Shown here: one piece after another, positions 58,567 to 64,000 of the stretch | How the letters are laid out: every line of letters starts with the position of its first letter | How positions within the stretch are numbered: the stretch's first letter is position 1 | Assembly (NCBI GenBank): GCA_964389675.1 | Contig: CAYMEV010000019.1 | Location: forward strand, 1-64,000 | Length of the DNA: 64,000 nt | Origin: an uncultured Candidatus Sumerlaeota bacterium | GTDB taxonomy: Bacteria; CAYMEV01 | Direction: 5' to 3' | The notes under the pieces: generated by a model | Seen by the model: the letters and a program-made list of their open reading frames with translations, nothing else | Told to the model about the DNA's origin: nothing | Database searches by the model: none | Position numbers and translations under genes: made by a program

Positions 58567-59700
58567 TTGATGAAAGGGGATCCTGGAGGAACTGGCCGAA
58601 TAATGGATAAAGGACTTGCCAGGGTATGCTGTCCACAATGCGGTAAGGATTATTTATTGCCTTTTCATGCAAGACAAGATTTTTTTGTCCTTCCTGTTCT
58701 AAAGAAGAGGATGCTCATCTGGGCACAATGGATCAAAGCAAATGTACTGGAGGATGTAGCTCACCGTCAGTACAGACTTTTCTATAAGGACAGAAAGCTC
58801 CTGGGGCAACTTGCAAAATGTGCAAAAGATACAGTAGCAGAGATATTTAGCTCAATATATCCAGATTATAAACCAGGCATAGTACTCTCTATACAGACTT
58901 TCGGGGACCTTCTTTTATGGCATCCTCACATACACTGCCTTATAACAGAAGGAGTCTTTAATAAGGATTATAATTTTCACCCTATACCCAAAGTAGATAT
59001 AAAAAAGGCAGTAATAATATTTCAGGAAAAAGTATTTGACATGCTTAAGAGAAATGCACGAAAAATGCTTTTATTAAAAAGCAGAGTTCTATACTTATTA
59101 ATAAAATGAGAGACTGGCAATATACACTATACAGGCTTCTCAGTACATAATGCTGTATTGATATCAGAGGATAATCCCAGAGCCTTATACAGGCTTGCAG
59201 AATACATATTGCATGCGCTTATTTTCTTTTGCCTCAGAGAAGATAACCTTCTCTGAGAAATCCCATAATATTATATACAGATCAAAGATGCATCCTGGCA
59301 AAAACAGGAATTTTGAGATACTGGATCCAATTGAATTCCTCCATAGCTTATGTCTGCATATTCCCGACCCTATGAATGCCTTATTAGATATTATGGGTGC
59401 TATTCCAATGCCTGCAGGGGCAAAAGGAAAAAGAGGGACATAAAGATAATTAATGATCCCCCGGATATAAGGTCAGCCCGCAGGTCATGGGCAATGTTGA
59501 TATACAGGGTATATGAGATAGATCGCTGAAATGTCGCGTTTTTTGTCTGCAGCTCTGATATGAAAATAATAGCCTTTATTCAAAAAAGGCATGAGATTAT
59601 AAAGATGCTAAAACATATAGGTATGTACCCTACAGAAATACCTGTAATAGAATCAAGGGCATCACCTCCTGAATACCTCAGAGCTTCTGCTACTTTATAG
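58567..59700 (+). pseudogene. IS91-family (Y2/HUH) transposase pseudogene
   Basis: ARVCCPQCG, frameshifted FSCKTRFFCPSC, QTFGDLL.WHPHIH, GFSVH, LCLHIPD..IRYYGCYSN, WAMLIYRVYEID, RASPP; multiple frameshifts. Confidence 0.9.
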
Positions 59701-59907
59701 ATTAATATTTTTTAACAGGATTTATAGTCATCAAAAGGGCTATTGTTATTTTTGCCTTAAAAGAGGCCAAAAAGCCTATAAAATAAGCAATTTGAGAAAA
59801 ATTATGTGGTTTCATTAGAAATTAATACCCAAAATTCAAAATATATGCAGAATATTATAAGGATTTGAATAATCTGGACCAGATTTATGAGATTTGAGCT
59901 AAAGGGT

Positions 59908-59929
59908 AAAAATTGATTTTCTTATCAGT
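59908..59929 (+). mobile_element. Putative IS91-family oriIS end
   Basis: AAAAATTGATTTTCTTATCAGT about 200 bp downstream of the transposase, resembling oriIS ...TTGAATTTCCTAT. Confidence 0.5.
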
Positions 59930-59994
59930 ATGAGCGGGAAATATCTGCATCCCTGACTTTATACAAGACTGTTGCAAAGCCTTTTTAATAAAAC

Positions 59995-60657
59995 TTAGCG
60001 AATTTTTGGTATAGGGTTTTCATCCTTCCAGCCACAGTAGCAATCGCAGGTATAATCCGGATTGCATATTAGTGTTACGAAAACAGTTTCGCACTGGATT
60101 GTTTTGCATAAGCCCCAGGAGCAATAACACTCAAAGGTATGAGATTTCGGGTTATTGAGCCTTGAGCCTGTTTTGAATGCAAAAGGAACTATATCTGACA
60201 TTACTTTTATTTCTCTTACGGTATGTTCAGTTAATTCTGAATTATCTTCAAGCAAATAGATTATTCTAATAATATCATTATATTTAATCTGTTTTTTATC
60301 CAGCATTACCTTTGCTCTGATGCCATTGCTCTTAATATCGGAGACTGTGGATGAAGCCGTCTGGGAATTATTCAATTCATCAGTTCCAGTTAAGCTTTTA
60401 TCCCATGCAGCATAAATCAGCTCATCCATATCTGCTGATTTTAAATATACTTTTATTGCAGATATATTTTTTTGAGCTGCCGGTTCAAAGCATATTAGTA
60501 AGCCATATTGACTGTTATCCTCAAAATATCCAAAAAACATATCTCCTTCATTAAGATCAGTTTTTTCAGCCATATCAAAAAAATTTGATAAATCAGCCGC
60601 ATGTAGAATTACAGCCGATAAACCGATTGCCAGAAATAAAACAAAAAATCTTTTCAT
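59995..60657 (-). CDS. Secreted protein with an 8-Cys C-terminal core
   Basis: AAGGAGG RBS; signal peptide; ECYCSWGLCKTIQC...ICNPDYTCDCYCGW. Confidence 0.85.
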   Translation of the reverse strand: MKRFFVLFLAIGLSAVILHAADLSNFFDMAEKTDLNEGDMFFGYFEDNSQYGLLICFEPAAQKNISAIKVYLKSADMDELIYAAWDKSLTGTDELNNSQTASSTVSDIKSNGIRAKVMLDKKQIKYNDIIRIIYLLEDNSELTEHTVREIKVMSDIVPFAFKTGSRLNNPKSHTFECYCSWGLCKTIQCETVFVTLICNPDYTCDCYCGWKDENPIPKIR

Positions 60658-60707
60658 ATAGAGTACCTCCTTATATTTGCCAGCTTTGCAACAACCACCA
60701 TAGATTA

Positions 60708-60736
60708 ATTATATGGTAATTTAAGCCTTCAGTCAA
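60708..60736 (-). promoter_or_regulatory. Putative sigma70 promoter
   Basis: Minus strand TTGACT-17 bp-TATAAT. Confidence 0.7.
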
Positions 60737-60751
60737 GGGGGAAAATATATT

Positions 60752-61075
60752 TGTCAAAACAAAATAGAAATGTCCCATTTTTATAATATCCTGAATTATA
60801 GATTCTATTCCTGTTAGTTTGAATTTTATATTCCAGACATGGCCGGGTTTTGCTGATTCTTTGCTTTGGATTTTTCTTAGACCCATTTCTTTTATCAATA
60901 TATCTTGAAAAGTCCCGAATAATCTCTCCGCCCTGCCCCTGGTCCGGGGAGAAAAAGCACGGATAACTAAAACGCCATGATCATTCATAGCCCTCTCAAA
61001 CTGACTCATAGATTTCTCACCAAGCAACTGCTCCTCCATGATCTGCTTCTTAGCATTTATATACTGCCTCGATTA
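60752..61075 (-). mobile_element. IS1202-group (ISNCY) transposase fragment with right end, copy 3
   Basis: SQFERAM...IRAFSP..RGRAERLFGTFQD.LIKEM; internal deletion; terminus GGACATTTCTATTTTGTTTTGACA. Confidence 0.8.
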
Positions 61076-61202
61076 AATGTGAAATATAACCCCTGAATTT
61101 GTCCATTGCAGGGATTGTACCTTCATAATCATAAAATCTGTAAAACCCATCAATACCATAGATGGACATCTGTCCTCTAATCAATTAATTAAGCTTATAC
61201 AT

Positions 61203-61406
61203 CTAGGCAGCTTTTTTGTCAATAAAGCCATTACATTCATTCCTTTTTCCCATGGGAGAGAGATATCCATTTTCCTCCAGCATCCAATGATGATTATAAG
61301 TATCGGATAGTTCCTTTATATTGTGATAGGTCCTGCCATATATTATCTGTTCCTTCAATGATCTTTTGAAGTGTTCTACAATTCATTGGTCTCTGGTTCT
61401 CTCAGG
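61203..61406 (-). pseudogene. IS3-family transposase C-terminal remnant
   Basis: REPETN/..EHFKRSLKEQIIYGRTY...YNHHWMLEENGYLSP...KKAA*. Confidence 0.7.
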
Positions 61407-62365
61407 TAACAAAAGCTGGGACAATTCCCCGGTCAGACCTCACAGTTGATACAACGAATAAAGAGGCCGGCCACTTATGAAACAGATCAATGACTAGCAG
61501 GCACAACAGTAATATTACAGTCTTTCCGGGGACTCGAATTTAATTTCTTCCGAAACAGCCTTGCTGGAAAACATGCCACAGGCAGTCAAAACAAGCACAC
61601 GGACTGGTGTGACCGTATAATTATATGCTATTTCCGTTTTTGCAGTTTAATCCAATTTTTGAGCCCTTCATGTATATCTTCCCACAGCTCGCCCTAGTAG
61701 AGCAGGTGGGTTTTTCCTTCGCTGGTGTATTCTATGGCTTTCATTATCTTATCTTTCTCCTTACGAAATTCCGACCTTGTATCAAGACCATATTGCTGAA
61801 ACAATTCATTCACAGATATCTTGACCAGTTAAACATACTGCGTAAAACAAAGCTCTCACAAACCTAAAAACAAGACTTAAGCGCATATACAAACTGACAT
61901 TAAAAAAAAGTATGGTTAAGTTATAAAGTCTCTAAAGATCAGAAATAAGGTGCCTATACTACTGTCAACAGTTTATACTGCAAATCAATCTCTTGATTAA
62001 TATAAATACCTAAATTATAATGACATACTGTCTGGAATAAGATTTGCAATATAATCCTGCATAGCAGGATTATATAAAAGAAGAACACCGGAGAAAATAG
62101 CTCTCTAAAAAATAGCATATAACTATTTCAACTATTATGAGAGCATATGTCCTTTCCGTTATGAGAAGGAATACAGACCTTTTAGGAAAATCATTGGAAA
62201 GACAGTCAACAAATACCTATCAGTTTTCTTATCAGTTTACAGAGCAAAAGCCCATTCTATGAAATATGAGTAAATATATTAAAAATTGACAGTTTTCTGC
62301 AGTAATATTAGAATAATTAAGAATATAGAAAGCATTTAATAAGCCAAAAAATATAGGAGGTTTTT

Positions 62366-62806
62366 ATGAAAATATTTAAGTTATCTGTATTTTTTCTTGC
62401 TGTGATCATGATCTTCAGCTTTGTGGCTGTAAACGCGGGTGAAGAAAAGGAACCGCAGGGAATACAGCTGGTAAAACAGCTCTGGACAGATATGAAAAAC
62501 GCTGATGTTGAATCAATCGGCAAGTACATCTCACCTCAGTTTCAATCCATCCATGAAGACGGGACAAGGAACAGGGATGAGCAGATCGAGCTTATAAAGA
62601 ATCTAAAGATGGGTGAATATGCATTATCTGATTTCTGCATCACAGAAAATGATTCAATAATAATTGTAACATATTTTGTTTCAGTCGCTGAGACACTTGA
62701 AGGGGAAAAACTGCCGGATGTCAAGGCTGCAAGGATGAGCGCATGGCAGAAGACGGATGAAGGCTGTAAATGGATCATTCATGCCAATCTCAGGGCTATG
62801 AAATAA
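62366..62806 (+). CDS. Secreted NTF2-like (DUF4440/SnoaL) protein
   Basis: Signal peptide; SPQFQSIHEDG..RDE; MSAWQK...WIIHAN. Confidence 0.8.
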   Translation: MKIFKLSVFFLAVIMIFSFVAVNAGEEKEPQGIQLVKQLWTDMKNADVESIGKYISPQFQSIHEDGTRNRDEQIELIKNLKMGEYALSDFCITENDSIIIVTYFVSVAETLEGEKLPDVKAARMSAWQKTDEGCKWIIHANLRAMK

Positions 62807-62822
62807 TTATTTAATTAAAGAC

Positions 62823-62854
62823 GGCAGGGATGCGCTTATCCCTGCCCTTTTTTT
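62823..62854 (+). terminator. Intrinsic terminator
   Basis: GGCAGGGAT-loop-ATCCCTGCC-CTTTTTTT. Confidence 0.75.
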
Positions 62855-62865
62855 ATGCCATAATA

Positions 62866-63891
62866 TCATACCTGATATACGCTTTCAGAATCTTCAGGAA
62901 GCCTTACCCACATCCTGTCCAGAATGATCACAGCAATTGCTGCTATATTTACGACAGCGATGAAGGAAAGGGAAAATATAACACTTATGTTTTCGGGATA
63001 GTTGATCAGTGTACCGCAGGTATTTATGGTAGTGTGGAAAAGGGTGCAAATAAACAGGCTTCCCTTTGTATGATTATAGATCCATGTAAAAAGGAAAGTA
63101 AGCCCTATATTCCAGTAGCACCTGTCAAGGATGGCCCCCGGGCCCCCCGGATACATGCCGTTTATGTACAGCGGCAGATGCCAGAGTGTCCATATGACAG
63201 ACAGAATAAGAGTTGATATCAGAGGTGAAAAATGCCACTGCAGCCTGGGAAGTGCAAAGCCTCTCCATCCTATCTCTTCTCTCAAAGGCCCTCGGACAAG
63301 CCCTATATAAAAGAATGATACTATAAGCAATAAAACTGAAGAATATGAAATGTGAGGGTAAATAACGGAAATCGGAGATCCTGTCCCGATAACCCCTGAC
63401 AGGCCTGAGATAATATAGATAGCCAGAGGAACGAGAAACGCGATCAGATACCATTTTTTTGAGACACTGAAGTAATAGAGTTTTTTAAGTAACTGCCTTA
63501 TACCTGATATGCAGCTCAATCCGCCGCTGATAATATAGGCTGCTATTGCTGCATTTATTAACAATAGAAAGATTGTAATAAAGGAGGTCCCGGCAATGGG
63601 TATGCCCAGATAATAAAACAGCAGAAACAGGGTAATTACCATAGCTGTAAGAAAGACAATGCATCTTGCAGTCGTTTTATTATCGGTTTTATTCGGCTTC
63701 AAAAAGGCTGAAAGCATAATTGCAGCTATTGCAGGCCCTGATCCGCCTATGGCTGATAAAAGAAGTTTTATATTATTGTCGGTCGTGCCAAGAATATTTG
63801 GCAACAGGAAAAAAAACCATGTGATCAGGAAATTCAGCAAAAAAAAGGATATCAGCTGGTATTTTCTTATATGCTCCTTAATAGAATTCAT
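62866..63891 (-). CDS. CPBP (CAAX/Abi) intramembrane glutamic endopeptidase
   Basis: EEIGWRGFALPRL, WTLWHLP, GSL....LFH...N. Confidence 0.92.
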   Translation of the reverse strand: MNSIKEHIRKYQLISFFLLNFLITWFFFLLPNILGTTDNNIKLLLSAIGGSGPAIAAIMLSAFLKPNKTDNKTTARCIVFLTAMVITLFLLFYYLGIPIAGTSFITIFLLLINAAIAAYIISGGLSCISGIRQLLKKLYYFSVSKKWYLIAFLVPLAIYIISGLSGVIGTGSPISVIYPHISYSSVLLLIVSFFYIGLVRGPLREEIGWRGFALPRLQWHFSPLISTLILSVIWTLWHLPLYINGMYPGGPGAILDRCYWNIGLTFLFTWIYNHTKGSLFICTLFHTTINTCGTLINYPENISVIFSLSFIAVVNIAAIAVIILDRMWVRLPEDSESVYQV

Positions 63892-64000
63892 AAAATACCT
63901 CCATTATATATTAATATTTTTTAATTCATTCATTTTCCAGATCAGCCAGTCAGGCATATGATTATTTCCATATACTGACAGGGAAAATTGAATAATTAAC

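Noticed and set aside
60690-60725. dif/XerCD-like site next to the IS1202-like end
   Set aside because: Arm spacing does not fit, and the sequence is better explained as the promoter of the 60657 gene.
60671-61039. 122-aa ORF as a functional gene
   Set aside because: Chimera of a deleted transposase fragment reading through the IS end into the neighbouring promoter.
61625-61867. 80-aa plus-strand ORF
   Set aside because: The region looks more like a stop-interrupted minus-strand remnant of unknown origin; neither reading can be supported.
13171-61969. Shared 14-mer TATACTACTGTCAA at 13171 and 61956
   Set aside because: No extension beyond 14 bp; such matches are expected by chance in 64 kb of AT-rich DNA.
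3386-63961. Numerous short antisense or alternate-frame ORFs overlapping long genes
   Set aside because: Shadow ORFs of well-supported genes, with no motifs or RBS support.

Overview
64 kb of a moderately AT-rich bacterial draft genome, probably an anaerobic diderm, with one 100-N scaffold gap at 26625-26724. Core-like blocks: a LysR-regulated aldehyde dehydrogenase pair (ALDH7-type plus PruA) with an aminotransferase; a tungsten/molybdenum cofactor operon (moeA, moeA-PBP, moaA, moaC, MOSC, porin, wtpBCA) led by a P3-less Moco-class riboswitch; mogA; an SLC12-like cation-chloride cotransporter; an F420-ligase-like protein. Accessory blocks: several large secreted modular proteins (DUF1566/DUF5648, MAM/FG-GAP-like, C25 peptidase, SBBP propeller). 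Two divergent paralogous soluble-adenylyl-cyclase-like STAND-TPR giants flank a secreted propeller gene. Three AT-rich islets each encode a signal-peptide protein with a Cys-rich C-terminal core and are associated with IS1202-like end remnants and/or slippage repeats. An IS91/IS1202/IS3 graveyard lies near the right end. No rRNA, tRNA, CRISPR array or reverse transcriptase was seen. All domain calls come from motif recognition by eye, not database searches.
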